Made by a program: the position numbers and the translations under genes. DNA of 61,156 nt from Folioceros fuciformis (lineage: Eukaryota), in NCBI GenBank assembly GCA_049999805.1, contig JBNGIO010005882.1:1-61156 (forward strand). The letters are read 5' to 3'. Every line of letters starts with the position of its first letter. Position 1 is the stretch's first letter. Shown here piece after piece: positions 47,935 through 61,156 of the stretch. Under the pieces are notes generated by a model. It saw only the letters and a program-made list of their open reading frames with translations, was not told the origin of the DNA and made no database searches.

Positions 47935-50900
47935 CTATTGACGGTGCAACGATATAAACTCTTCAATCTTGGCCCTCAATGCCGTATCCGGTATGAGCAT
48001 ATCGGGTGTCAGTAGAGACCTGTTAAAAGGATCGGTCTGCAACAACAGTTCCCAGCAGTGAGGTAAACAACCATCCTACTCTGGCCTTTGTGTGGAGCAA
48101 TTGACAATTGTTTTGTGTGCAATACCTGATCGCTGAGTAAGTGCCGCTGTATAGTAGAACGATCCACTATCGCCTTGGATGAAGGTAGAATCACTGGATC
48201 TTTCATCAAAGTGTACTGCAACCAAGACAGCACGTTCCATCTTTTAGTTCAAATTGCAGGTGAGCCCCCAAGACGGGATTGTGGAATGCGCACCTGAATG
48301 GGATCAAGAAATTCCTCAGGTATGTCCCCAAGCAGAGCCTCTGTGTCCATTGCCTCGGTTGCTGCCGCTCGGGCTTGCAAGCCTAGAGCCTCAAATTCTT
48401 GAATGATCTCCTGTGGTTGGCTCTTGCTCAAAACACCTGCTGCTTCGCCAAATAACTGGATTCACGCAATAGTCACGCGACGGGCACCGCTGCCAAGACA
48501 GGCAAATGAGACATACCAATGACAATCTCGTACCTCGTCCCTGTACGAGCGGCCATCACATGAGATTGCCTTGGGAAAAACGCCTTCGACATCACCTCTT
48601 GAAAGGTTCACGTATATATTAACGATCTTTGCAACAAAGTAAGTGTAGAATATTAGTACACCACAAGAGTCCACGGCCCAAAAACACAAGCAGACTGAGT
48701 GCGCAAACTATTTCCCAGGACTTACCTGTGCGAGCAGCTCTTTAGGTCTGAACTCGTACTTCTCAGGTTCCTTCACCTTGAGAGCTTTTCGCTGAGGCCC
48801 AACAAGTTGCAGAAGAAAGTAATTGAGCATAGCAGCAACCCGTTCTACCTGAAATTGTGTTGTCGAGATGACAAACAGCAAAACATTAGGGCTCCAACCA
48901 TATTCGCGCTACATAGCAGGCAATTTGCCAACCTCTAGGTGAAAGAGAAGTGATAGGGGAAAAACAGAGAGCACGTTCCACATTTGACCCTGCTGACTGC
49001 CGGGTGCCACAGAAAGTCACAAAATTAAGCCTGGCTTACCAGTTCAGGGAGAAGGAATGGAGCTGTGATCTCCCTGGAGGTATACTGAAGCATATTCACG
49101 TTCTCGTTAGCCAACGTCATGTCGATGCGCACTATCTGTTTATTTCAGCACAAACTACTCAGTCCGCTACCACAAACAGAGCTGCCTAGAACAGAATCAT
49201 TAACCATGCATTAACTATGACCACACATTTTCCTGCTGGTGAAAATGCCGAGTCCTTTCCCGCCTCTCCTGTGCTGATAAACGGCCCCAATCACCAGCAT
49301 TTCCCATTTCAGCTTCCAACTCTTTGAGTTCAGGCATTTTCTTCAAACTTTCATCTAAAAGAAAGATGCTGTCGTTGATCAGCAAGTTGAGAAACCTCAA
49401 ATAAGAGCCTCTCTCCTCAGTCACAGCTATCTGTTCATGAGACACATGTCAGAGTTTGATCTTCCAGTACTTGTAACGCAGACATCTGTGACATTTCATT
49501 CATCTCAAACATAGCTAACTGTCTCAAACATCCTTGTGTTCACGTGTACCCCATCCATTTGGGTATCAAAGGAAGAATACCCTTTTCCATGCGTTCTGAT
49601 GACTAGGTACACCCCACAGATATTCGAGTATCTCTGCAATATTGTGCCTGATGTTGAATTTATCATAGAACTGTAGGAAGAACGGCAAGACATCACAGAA
49701 CTCAGAGACATCAGAGTTAACTCCCCTCTCAGCTCAAAACTTTGCTTTCTGCAACACAAGCTGGACACTTATGCCAACTCAGGGTAGCTACCTGCGTGTG
49801 AGAGCCAGTGAACTCAATGTCTACGTGTAGTTTTAGCAGATTTGGCACCAAATACTGCAATGCAAGATCATGCCCCTCGAAGAGAGAAGCCATGGAGCTC
49901 TTCAAACCAGGAGAGTAGCTGCAATGAGCAAGGAGTATAAGAAATTGACCGGGTTGCCACTGGCAAGCGAAATGTCCTAGCTTCACACTGAACTTTATAA
50001 GAACTAACCTCTTTGATGGAATCCATGCACTCAAGACTTCCACCATTTTAGCCCTGAGATATGGATTCTTCACATGGAGTGGGCTGCCCATAAAGATTAC
50101 AATAAAGCTCATGAAGTCATCCTGAAGAAGAAACACGTACGAAAGGATGTCAGGAAACAACAACCACGAAACAAGTTCCATTCCAGGGCACACGGACTTC
50201 AACTGCTGGAGACATGACTACCGTGTTGTGATACGCGACACAACAGGCGTCTCCTGCCAAACGGTTTTGGTTATAACGCTAAGAAATATATGTATATCTG
50301 GATAGATCAGCAGAACGAACGCACTCACCAGCATCACCCCTTCTAGAGCTCTTGGAATACGAGAGGCAAATAGGAGGAACTCCAAGGAGTCTTCAATAAA
50401 ATGCTCAGGCATGGAGGCAAACTCCATCGGACATGGAGTGGGTAGAGGCATTGCAAAACCACCAACCAAACTTGCAAGCCAGACCACCATTAACCTGTAG
50501 AAACTCAAGGCCTGATGCAAAAGCTCTTCATCCTGAAAACCAAGCCACACCAGCCTTCAAACCACCACTTGTGCTTCAGTCGGAAAATACAGAGACCGAA
50601 CTTTGTATGATCTGGGCATAATCACAGTGACGTAGCAACCTAACAGAAGGTACGTAAAAAAGGGGCACATCGCTAGCGATAGTAAGAAAGCAGATGACAA
50701 CAATAGCAACATCACCCAAAGGCTGTACATAACATAGAATGCCCAAAACCGAACTACTATTCAGACATTCAACCACGCTACTACCTTCACAAGCTGCGCC
50801 TCATAGCAATATTTCTCCTGTGACAGTGCCTCCAACTCCGGGACAGGCCCATCCACTCGATGTGAAGCATCTGAAAGTCTTGAAAGCTCCTGCACTTTAA

Positions 50901-53273
50901 CGTATCAAACTTGATACATAAATGCATCCAAATTACAAGAGGCTTCCTATCATCTCAACAAAAGTGTTTTCTAGCACTTCAAAATATTTTTCTCACGATG
51001 CAGCTGAGAAATTGCAAATACTGAGCGAACGAGTCAAACAAAAGATTGAACAAAAGCAGGCCAACTTCACACCATGATAAACACCACGTGGATGCTGCTA
51101 ACCTGCACTAAGCTCTTGAAGTCTGAAAGAGCCTTTAATAGACCCAAGTTGAGCACTCTTGCCGTGAAGAAGAAGCACTCACAAATGAATGAGTACTGAG
51201 AGTTGGTCAGAGCTGGGACGCTTGCAGACGCTGAAGGAGTAGAATTGCTAATGGACGTTGATGCTACTTGAGATGGTCCTTGTCCAGGGCTTGGCTCCTC
51301 CATTCCTACCCTCCTGACTCCAGAAGTCTGCACCCACTGGGCGACCTCCTCTGAGGTAGCATGGATGGCAGTCAAGTCACTGCAGGTCTCCAACAACCAG
51401 GTCCACAATTATACACCATGGAACCTTCCACGCATAACAGAAAGGCTAAATTAATGGGGAATGTAATCACAGCAGCACTGAAAGTAGAACAGTCTAGGGG
51501 ACAAGCACATAGTTTCATGCAGGTTCGAGTAATCCATCATAACTACAGCAAAGCCATCTAGCTCCAGATGAAAGGATGACAAGGTAATGAACAGCAGGCA
51601 GTACTACTTGGATTCATGACAATGCATCCAGAGACTTACTACAGTATCCCGTATGCCACTCAACACACAGTTCAGGCGCTGTGAAACATATAATGGAAGC
51701 AAGCGTCACCTGAAGCCAATACGCCTATTTCGATGGACATATGTAAAGTCAATCTTGTTCTTCTTCGTAAGTCCAGGATCAAGAAAAGGACCGCACAGCC
51801 TCAACATCACAGCACTTAAGCTCACAAACATGCCAGTGCTTGCGTTCAGAAAAGGATTTGACTGCAGAAACAGCCAACTGAGTCAGAAGTGGTACAGCAA
51901 GGGGAATCAAATTTGCCAGACTAAGACATTAATGTCACTTGTTTCATTTCCTTCGTCTGTTCTATGGCAATCACAGCTCGACCTGCATCTGTCCACGTGC
52001 GCCATTCTTCGTGATTACAGCTCCCAGGTAGTGGAGGACAGGCTCTCTTGTGTCTGCAGACTTCAAAAGCTTCAGCAGGATCTCGTGCAAACCAGTATAA
52101 AGTTGGTTCAGGACAGTCTTAAGGGTTGCAAATGAGGACATGAGGTCTGCTGGCCGTCGGGATGAAGCATCAGAAAAGCATTGTTGCCTGAATGTGCAAA
52201 GCAGTAAAAGAGAAAGCTCACTTCAGAAGACGAATCACCCTCAGAAAGGGTCACACTGCCCCCTAACAGGTAAGATGAACACTCAATACAGATTAGTAGA
52301 TTGCAGGCTGTGGAAGCCACTACTACTACTTTTGTACATGAGAGGCAGTGAGCTGTACATGCGCCTTCTGTGAACATGACAGAACGATAGGAGAGACAAG
52401 ATTGGGAGAGTTGTGAGTGAAAAGTTACCCGACAGACGGCTGGCCACTGCTAAACCTGGGGTGGTCTGGGATTGCAGCTATCCTAAAGAAGGGTCCAAGC
52501 AGACTGCTAAGTTCCAAAGACCTGCCATTAACATGATCCCCTTTTGGAAGCCACATAGGATGCTTAACAAGTGATTGTGCAACAACTTGATGGGATACCA
52601 GCAAAGCCAGTGCTCTGAGAGGAGCCTGGAACGGTCCTAGAGGGGAGAGCCTTATGACACATCCGTGCAAATCCATAAACACCTGGCTAAGAATATCATC
52701 TAAACCCTCATCTGCAAAACGAAGAAGAAATTGATCAAGAAAGCCCGAAGGCAACTTTTCTTCTGGCATGCTGCCAATCCCACTGTTTCTTTCCTCAAGG
52801 GCACCACAAACAGAAGGAGAGACCTCAGCAATTATGAGGGATAGCAGAGGCGAAGTGGTGGCCTGAGTCAGCCTAGCTGGTTGAGGAAACATATCAGGGT
52901 GCAAAAGCAGAATCCCAGAATACGACACAGCTAACTCCTTAGCTTGACGGAGTGCATCCTGAATCTCTCCAAGAACAACCTTGTCCTTGATTGTCTGCAT
53001 CTTTCGGCCTTCCTCGAGTGCCCGCCGGAAACAACCCACCAAATAAAAAAACGCTTGGTCGGTAGCGTTCTGCAACCTTGCCGTCACCACTCTCTCCAGA
53101 AGGCCCCTATTGAGCAGAAGAGGGCGGTTTTCGCTCAAGAGCTCGGCTGCCAGCTGCTCCAGATATACGCAGGGCGGCAAACAAGAGGCGGGGTCTAGAG
53201 ACACTTGCAGCACTCTCCTGAGGACGAAATCCTCCATTTCCACTTTGTCCCTGCCAACCTTCACCTGTGCCAT
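47935..53273 (-). CDS. UFD2: Ubiquitin conjugation factor E4 (U-box), UFD2/PUB1, multi-exon
   Basis: Ufd2 core motifs [56 protein letters not shown] and [18 protein letters not shown]-box [23 protein letters not shown]...TDPFNR. ATG 53273, TAG 47935. Confidence 0.95.
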
Positions 53274-54374
53274 GGCCTTCAACGCTAATATACATCAACC
53301 AGAAGCGATGCCAACTTCCATCAACTGGCAGGGCCACGTGAAAAGGAACAATAGCTAGGGCAAAACAAGCACAATGGGCAAGGGCGGGTTCGTGTGGAGC
53401 TGAGAATTTTACAGTGACAAAACCCGATGTCACACTCTCATTACCCCCCACATAGCCTGCATAGACCTACACAGTCCACCCTCCGGAATTGGGACCAGGC
53501 TTGTACGTAAATCGAAAGTGCGGCTCTTCAGGTCCCAAATGGGATCTGTGACAATTGGAAGTTCTAGCATCTTTTCATTAAAAAATTCTACGAGATTCAG
53601 TGGGTAGGCAGATTTTACTTAAAAATGACCACCCGTTCTCCTTCACATGCATGACAAACATATAAAGGACATGTACTGTCATCTTGCACCAAGAAAAGAA
53701 AACCTGGCACAGCACATCAGCGCATAACACCCTAGTACACATGGCATGGTGATGGAAGCAGAGCATCGGACCTAGACCTCTAGCTGTCATATGAACTTCA
53801 AATCGTACTTCAAACTATAGAGAGTGAGGTTATTTTTTGGGCTAGAAAAATAATTGAAATAATTATGATTAGTTGATCTAAATTATGAAAGCCTAAGCCA
53901 AACTAATGTCCTCACCAAGGGCTTGCCATGTTTGAGGCACCCCACAACCATTTTAAACCACATATTGCCTTTTGAAACAATGAGCAAGGTAGTTTAGAAG
54001 CAATTGACATTTAGAAGCTACAAGACAACAAATCTTTAGAAAGCCTTCTTTCACACGAGGTTGAAGAGAGAGAGTAGGGTTCAAGTATTTATAGCACAAG
54101 CTATACTAGGCAAAACAAGGCTAGGCTAGGATATTTGAATACTAAAAACAAGACCAAGGGCAATGTTATCAAATTGGCGTACCTCTTACTCATGAGGTGA
54201 TTGCGTAGTGCATGTGCGAGACATGGTATGAGAAGGCCCTCATCAATTGTGACATAAACACATTGGTAGCTCCATTGTAGGACATTATGAACTCATAAAG
54301 TTGGCCATAGACTCGGTGGCAATCCCATTGCCAGGTAGGTAGAACTTGGTGTCAACCTTCGATCGCACATCTCA

Positions 54375-54995
54375 TGTCACCTGCTCCTCTAACTCCTTCT
54401 TGCCAAATGGTTGATTGTACTCACTCTTTCTTTCATCTCATATCACCTCCAAGGACTACTCACTGTTTTTCTCTTCTCGTGTCTTGTCACCTACTCCACA
54501 CTATTGTTCTCTTCTTGTGTCTTAACCTACTCCACAGTCTCCTTCTTGCCTGTACTCCTTCTTGCCAAATGGTTGATTGTACTCAATCGTTCTTTCATTT
54601 CATATCACCTCCTCCTCATACTCGTTCCTACCAAATGTTTGATTGTATTCAACTCTTTCTTTCATTTCATTCCACGTCACCTTGCACTCACTCCTTCTTT
54701 CATTTCATGTCACTCCTCCTAAGAATCCTTCCTATTGAATGGTTGATTGTACTCACTTTTTCTTTCATCTCATATCACCTCCTCGTCACACTCCCTTCTG
54801 TTAGAGGGTTCTTTGTACTCCCTCTTTCTTTCATCTCATGTCACCTCTTCCTCATATTGCTTCATACCGTATATACCGAATGGTGATTGTACTCTTTCTT
54901 CAATCGATTGTGCTCACTCCTTCTTCGATCATTTCAAAAAACTTTTCTTCAATCGATTGTGCTCACTCCTTCTTCAATCATTTCAAAAAACTTTT
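54375..54995. repeat. Degenerate CT-rich tandem array (GGTTGATTGTACTCACTCTTTCTTTCATCTCATATCACCTCC units) plus a ~50-bp duplication at ~54900-54995
   Basis: Recurring TTGATTGTACTCA / TTTCATYTCATRTCAC motifs. Confidence 0.8.
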
Positions 54996-55414
54996 ATTGG
55001 TTTCATTGAAAATCATTTACTAGCATGTTTGTGACAATTTGGAGGAAGTGTAATCTCTCATATTTTCCAAATCAGTTCGGAACAAATTTCACACCATGTT
55101 GACACACTATGTTGACAATATAGCATCTATTCGACTATGTATAAGACGGCTGTCTCGTCTCCATCATCGATTTCGAAGACACTTGGCTCACTACACCACG
55201 AGGTGAATCTATTAATGTACATAACGTGCATGTATGGGTAGCTAACGATATGATTCGTCCAACTCTGTATCCACACGGGCCCTACCTTACCAATTACCGT
55301 TAACACGAATGTACGTACCGACCGCACTAATATGCATTTTCATTGAATATGAAGGAGATCCTGTCCGTAGGCTCCTGGAAGAGTACGGCACGGCTGCTGG
55401 TAGCCCGTGGACGG

Positions 55415-58152
55415 TCATAACAGCCTGTCGCGTATTCGCAGCTCGGGAGGAACACCACTCACATTTCCCGATACCACATCTTCCTCCAAGATCGGTCGCC
55501 TACCAGTGTCCCTCATTAGCCCTTCTGCGATGTGTTTCTTGCTTGGCGTCAGAATCACATAGTTGGGGTCCGCCCTCTCGTAGCTGCCACACGTGAAGCG
55601 TGTCAGTGAAGGTGAGACTAATACGGCAACCATCTTGTCTACCCCGTCTGGTGGCTCCAGAAACGAGACATACCCACTTTCACAGTGTGAGGGATGGTTT
55701 GAAATAGGTAGACACATGATGAAAGTACCTTACACCCCCGAAGTTCTCCATTCGAATGCCAAACCCGTATTGCGTTTTTTGCGAGAGATGGTTCCTGGTT
55801 ACTGCAACACATGGGCGCCTCTTGTTATTCTCACTTCTCCACTACGTTAACAATTTATAGCTTTCCTCAAACGAACCCCTGCCTGCAAAGCCGAACGTGA
55901 AAGAGGGTTGCCACCACGACTTCAAGACTAGCACCACACCAGAGGTCACTGACCCCAGCTTGCCCTAGAAGCACGTGATAGCACAGGTCCAGCTGTGTAA
56001 GTGTTCACCACACCTCACACAACCAAACCAGATTGAAAAGAGAAAATAGAAAAGAGACACTAGGTTCGAAGGCCTTCAAAAGACCTTCAGCATGATGTTT
56101 TTGTTTGCCTGCCAGGATGCCACTAAGTTCGCACTTGACACTGGGGACTTCCCTTTCAGATTCCCGAATGACTCTGTATCCAACCTGCACATGAGAATAG
56201 AAGTCTGTGAAGATTGTGTAATGGACCATGTACTGCTGACATCGCTTTACTTGCCTGTGCTCAAGCTCAAAACCAAGATCCACGTAGTTTGTGATTCCTA
56301 CAACTTCATCAGCCTCAAAAGGATTCTTAATCTGCAGGACGAAATGGACACGGATTATTCCCCCTAGTTGTTTACTCGATCATTCCAATCCTTTATCATT
56401 CCATGGACGGCAAAACGCCTACTCTGCTGACACGGCCCATTCCGAAACTGACAACAGCGTATGTGAGGTTACAACTGGTACCAAGATCGTACCCTTCTCT
56501 GGACAGTCAGGTGATGGAAGTACGATGCTCGAAGCTGAGCTTCAAGTGACACGAAGACAAGAGGAGGTGAGAAATCCACATCACTAAATGTTGGGGGAAA
56601 AAGAACCGTCTGTGGAGAACACCAGACCTTATGGTTGTTGCAAAACTCTAAACAAAAATTGAATGAGGGATGCAGAGGGCCCGCCATGCCGGTGCCATAG
56701 TCCAGTGCAAAGCTCCAATTCTCAAGGTTTTTACAGCTATTTGGGAATGTTTCATCCTTTAACACTGGACGTAGAGGACATGACTGATCAGCTAGAAAGA
56801 CATGGCAGCCACCGTCGGTTGGCTTTAGAGAACATGATCAGGAAGTGAAGACACAGTTAGGGCCTACCTACCAAGGGGCTTATACTGAAGACCTGCAGTT
56901 AACTTCCCCAGTGACCCTGCAAGCCACACTGTCGTTGGCACCAATTTTCCTGCACATACGAGTCCCTCGACATGAGGAGCGAGCACGTGCAACATCTCGA
57001 CTTCCTTCTTTGAAAACGCAGTGATGACCCGGACAATGGAGAGGAGTGCAGAGACCTTGCACCAGAAGGTGATATGGTGACCCGGTCAGTCCTGCTGTAA
57101 ATCTTTCAGAAGAGAACCTTAAACCCGCATGCCCATAATCCTCAGCCTGATCCCTGCGAACGGGAAGGACAATTTTCCGGACAGAAACGAGAAAGCACGT
57201 AAGTATCTAGGGGAGGTGACATTTACGATACAGAATGCTGGCTTTCGGCAGCAATGACACATCGATGAAGGATATGCATGTGCTGGCTGCTACTTTACCC
57301 GTCTCTCCGCACAACAGGCACAGATGTAAAAGCACCCAAGCCAGTTTCTGGTGAAAACAACGATGCTCGCAATTTCAAAGCACTGATTCAAAACACCTTA
57401 TCAGTGGAGGACCTGCAAACTCCAGTAACAGTGACATCCTTATAGGACAGGAAGAAAGTTACGAATGGTGATTGCGAGCAATAGCCAGTGGAGGGAGATA
57501 GGTTCAAAGCTTGGCATACTTTTCGGTGCTTGACACCGTGAGGTCCGCAAACGTGTGGGGGTCTAGCAAATCCCTGCAACAGGAGGATACGATCTCAGCT
57601 GCAGCATTGTTTGAACAAAACAGCCTGTTACACATAGCCCGACACTCGCTTGCTGGAAATGATGGCCATACCGCTGCCACCGAAAAGTACATTCCCCGCT
57701 AGCCTCTGCTCGTTCATGAGAGGTGCGTACCTGTGGGAGTGTGGTTGTTACGAGAAAAGAAGGTTCGGATTAAGGGAGGAGGAAGTTAGAGGAACAAGGG
57801 GCAGAGACGAAGATGGAGTTACAATTGCGGTGATGTCAACCCGTGGGTCATCGGCTGGCTGCAGCAAGATTTGCCCCACCACCTGATCCTTTAGATCAAA
57901 GTAGTCTCTGAAGAGCTGCTTCCTGGCTATTTTGTTAAACAGAACCTCGTAAGAAGACTCGGCCATCCTGCACAGCAACAGGCATAAGAGGTTGAATCGT
58001 GAAAGGAACATTTTGCTTTCCCCAACTCCAGTCCCCCGAGGTAGTCATAGGAAAATTCACCGGGAACGCGTCGCAAGTTGGGGTCGCTGGAAGAGAGGGG
58101 GAACCAGAACCATGGGAGGCGGAGGCTCCGGTTTCTCGGCCATATTCCCCAT
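55415..58152 (-). CDS. OM47: Mitochondrial outer-membrane beta-barrel protein OM47-like, multi-exon
   Basis: MGNMAEKPEPPPPMVLVPPLF..R, MAESSYEVLFNKIARKQLFRDYF...DDPRVD, ASWQANKN, KSWWQPSFTF and YERADPNYVILTPSKKHIAEG. These match my recollection of Arabidopsis At3g27930. Confidence 0.82.
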
Positions 58153-59227
58153 TGTTGAGCCGCAAAGGAGAGCTTGATACGCCTGAAAAAGAATATGAGG
58201 GCGGGCAGACCTAAAAATACTCGCATGCAGCTGTTCCTGTCCTTATGTGCTTTGACATGTCCCAGCATCTCGTGTTGTAGTGTGCTATCGCAGAGGGTTA
58301 TGCTAAGCAGGCAAAGACATGCATTCGCCTGCATGGGCAAGGGCAACTTGGTCCTGCTAGCACACATGGAAACATTAACTTGAACTTGGAGAAGATTATA
58401 TGCGTCTCTTGCTCTAGACTGCCGAGCCGGCAAAAGCTACATTCATCGCACCACCTTTCACGTTCTCTCCGTTGCACTGCACAACACACAAATGTTCGCT
58501 CTGTTTTATTCATTTTACAGAATGAATAGAATGCTAGTAATATACAAGGGTAGAGCTGGGTTCCTCAATCCCTTCACAATCCTAACAGCAGGGAGAGGAT
58601 CCAGCCCAGCATTCCAACCACGAATTCGGTGGCCTCAGTACTAAGGTACCTTGCTAATAAGAGTACCAAACATATTACAGTGAAGGGCACAGAATTTCTA
58701 GATAGGTGCCACATTAGCTGGGCAAAGAATATGTGATGTACAAGGTGAGGAGGAGAGGCGAAGAGAGGAGCAGCAAGCAGGAGACTTGTCGGTGCTTCCT
58801 ACCTGACGGATAACTCAAGTCTCTGGCCAGAAGGGGAGGCGACTGTGGAATATGAGAACAAGGGGCGGGGATGAAATAGGCGAGGGGATGCATTGTTCAA
58901 CATGGGCTCTTGGAATGTTGACGAGCATCCCAGCTCCTAGAGTGGCATAAGAGAGTGGCAATCAGCCAAAAGCAGGAGAAGGGGTGAGGAGGAGAGGAAG
59001 GGAAGAAAGGAGAGAGGAGGGGGAGGGGTAGGCTACGGGACCCATATAGGGTGTGCTATAGCAAAAGATACAAGAATGGACACCAGTCTACAACGTTTTA
59101 TGTACAGCAGCAAGATGCGAGACACAGGGTAACTGTGAGCTATCTTGCTTCCCTGCGGTAGGCGCTGCACACACGGTGGGGAAGGCAGGGGACAGGGAGA
59201 GCCAAAGCAGACGTGGAAGATTACAGA

Positions 59228-60289
59228 CTAAGATGAGAAGGGAGCCCTGTGAGGAGTCCCCTTCCTTCTCTTTGCTGTCCGTAGGGTGGTAGTGGGGGGA
59301 GGGGTGCGGGGAGACATATCGAGAGGGGGAAGAGGAGCAGAGAGGGTGAGGCCTGGGACAAGCACCGGCTGAGGTGCATCTTTGGACAATGCCTTGACGT
59401 AGGCAATGCCATTGGGGTTGTCGTTCTCCGTCCGGTCAATTGGACGTACATGACGATGAGGAGCTGGGCTAGTAGGAGCCTTCTTAACCCTTGCCCTCCT
59501 GACCTGATGAGTGGTGGTGGTGATGGCAGTGATGGTGGCGGTGGAGTGATCTGGATCCATGGTCCGAATGCTGCCCTGGCAGGAGGAGGGCAGGTGAGAT
59601 GACCTGGGCTGCAGCACGAATGAGAGATCCTGGTGCAGTTTGATTCCCTGAAGCTGCGCAGGGACAGCGAGGCGAGGAGAGCACGTGAGGTGAGGGCGGG
59701 CGGATAAAGCGAGGCGCATTGCAGTCAAGGAGAGGAATGTGGGGCGGATAGACTCACCTTGCAACCGAGGGAGCAGAATCTGAAGGAATCGTTGAGGCTC
59801 CTTTCGCAGGTCTCGCACGTGTTGGTGACCCCCTTGGCAGGCCGGGGCTGCGGCCTCTCGTTCAAGAACACCACCCTGGCGCTGTTGATAATGTACGTCT
59901 GCACGCTGGTGATGTCTAGCACCTTCTGTATCTCGGACACCCGGATAACATCGTGGTAGGAGGAGCGGCGAATCTGCAACATTGCGTGCCACACAACAAA
60001 CACAGGGTTGAGCAATCGCGGAAGCAAGCGGCGACAAGGAGGGAAGGAAGGAAGGGAGGAAGCGGGAGAAAGGGGGGAGAAGCACATTGACATGTACATT
60101 TACCTGCACAACGCGATGATCCCTGTGCGAAATGGAGCAGGAGGAGCAGAGCGCCTTGCCGAGACAATCGAGGCAGAAGAGATTGCACTCGCTCTTGTTG
60201 CTGACGCCATGCTCCGGGCAGGAGGTGAAGAAGCTGGTCCGCAGCAAAGGGAGCAACCACATGGGCCAGGGATCGCCGACCCGCTGCAT
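59228..60289 (-). CDS. PLATZ zinc-dependent transcription factor, 3+ exons
   Basis: WLLPLL..FF..CPEH...ECNLFCLDC....CSSC...[16 protein letters not shown]...[19 protein letters not shown]...CETCERSL...FRFCSLGCK and C-terminal [10 protein letters not shown]. The start is uncertain because an upstream exon may lie near the gap. Confidence 0.93.
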   Translation of the reverse strand: MQRVGDPWPMWLLPLLRTSFFTSCPEHGVSNKSECNLFCLDCLGKALCSSCSISHRDHRVVQVNVHVNVLLPPFSRFLPSFLPSLSPLASAIAQPCVCCVARNVADSPLLLPRCYPGVRDTEGARHHQRADVHYQQRQGGVLEREAAAPACQGGHQHVRDLRKEPQRFLQILLPRLQGESIRPTFLSLTAMRLALSARPHLTCSPRLAVPAQLQGIKLHQDLSFVLQPRSSHLPSSCQGSIRTMDPDHSTATITAITTTTHQVRRARVKKAPTSPAPHRHVRPIDRTENDNPNGIAYVKALSKDAPQPVLVPGLTLSAPLPPLDMSPRTPPPTTTLRTAKRRKGTPHRAPFSS

Positions 60290-60519
60290 TTCCACACGTT
60301 AATAAGGACGGAGGAGGAAGAGGAGTTGAGGGCGGAGGCAGAGGTGGTGGTGCGCAAGCTCGTGGGCAGGTCTGGGCATGAATTGGACCCGCAATTCGGC
60401 AAGAATGGAGATGCGGTAGAGCGACAGGGACCGGGGCGCAAGCAGCAAGGCGAATTCTGGGGAATTCGATGGCCGAGAGCACCTGCCGCAAGTAAGCGCT
60501 TAAGCAAGGAAGAGTGAAG

Positions 60520-60619
60520 NNNNNNNNNNNNNNNNNNNNNNNNNNNNNNNNNNNNNNNNNNNNNNNNNNNNNNNNNNNNNNNNNNNNNNNNNNNNNNNNN
60601 NNNNNNNNNNNNNNNNNNN
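60520..60619. other. Assembly gap (100 N)
   Basis: Run of N. Confidence 1.
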
Positions 60620-61156
60620 AGGCGTTGTGGTCAAAGGGCACACCCAGAGGCAGAAAAGCGGGGGCAGCGCGCGCGCTTAGGCCTGAGAGTGTTGAGTTGG
60701 GAGAGGGGAACGAGGACGCAGCACCAGGACGGCAACAGCGCCAGCAGCAGCAGCACGAGCGGAATCGAGCAAGGAAGGCGAAGACGAGGAGGAAGGAAGC
60801 GTGTAGGAGGGAGGAAGGAGCGGAGAGATGACGAGGAAGGAAGAGTGAAGAAGCGCGGGCAGCAAGCAAGCGCAAGCGCGAAGAGTGCAATGGTAAGGCA
60901 AGGCAAGGCCAGGTCGAGGGAATGGAGAGGAAACGGGCGGAGCTTTCGTGGTTAGGTGGGGGCAAGGGAAAGGCCAGGTCCAGGGAGGACTGGGCTGCCC
61001 TTGGCCTGGCCTGCCCTGCCCTGCCTTGCGCGGCCAGGACACGCATCTTTGCTTCCTTTTCACGGGGCCCGGGGGCCCGGGCACCGGCAACCGGAGATCT
61101 GATCGCCACCTTCCCCAAGGGCAACCCCCCAAACCTTCCGCAGGACTGGCGTTGGG

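Noticed and set aside
53491-53503. GGACCAGGCTT resembling miR166
   Set aside because: Only an 11-nt match, with no visible hairpin partner.
54374-55034. Several 60-170 aa ORFs
   Set aside because: Products of a CT-rich tandem repeat.
55870-55890. Possible GC-AG intron donor in OM47
   Set aside because: A GT donor in the same phase lies 6 nt away, so it cannot be decided without transcripts.
59916-61124. 402-aa - strand ORF and overlapping ORFs
   Set aside because: Spans an N gap and GC-rich low-complexity leader sequence of the PLATZ gene.

Overview
Eukaryotic land-plant genomic DNA with GT-AG introns of about 80-150 bp and two 100-N assembly gaps. The gene content and transposon types suggest a non-seed plant, but that is an inference. 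1-15.4 kb is a nested pile of decayed LTR retrotransposons: one Gypsy-like element and three related Copia elements inserted into each other. 16-23 kb holds an intact ABCE/RLI gene and a small gene encoding only a class-C-ARF-type PB1 domain. 27289-34296 is the most unusual object: a 7.0-kb cut-and-paste DNA transposon with 29-bp TIRs and an ACTT target duplication. It carries a Sola1-like DDD transposase on the + strand. On the - strand, transcribed divergently, is a gene ending in a prokaryote-type beta-class amino (N4-cytosine/N6-adenine) DNA methyltransferase domain that the ORF track hides because of premature stops. The element also has eight copies of a 22-bp CCGG-containing palindrome. 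35.5-39.6 kb is an AT-rich block with a GH17 beta-1,3-glucanase and minisatellites. 40-61 kb is a compact run of genes: CFAP20/BUG22 (with a spliced 67-aa ORF stopping only 4 nt before its ATG, a candidate bicistronic locus), HINT4, a cytochrome-b5-like steroid-binding protein, an SLC35F/EamA transporter, UFD2, an OM47-like beta-barrel and a PLATZ factor. All calls come from manual reading and remembered motifs; no database searches were run.
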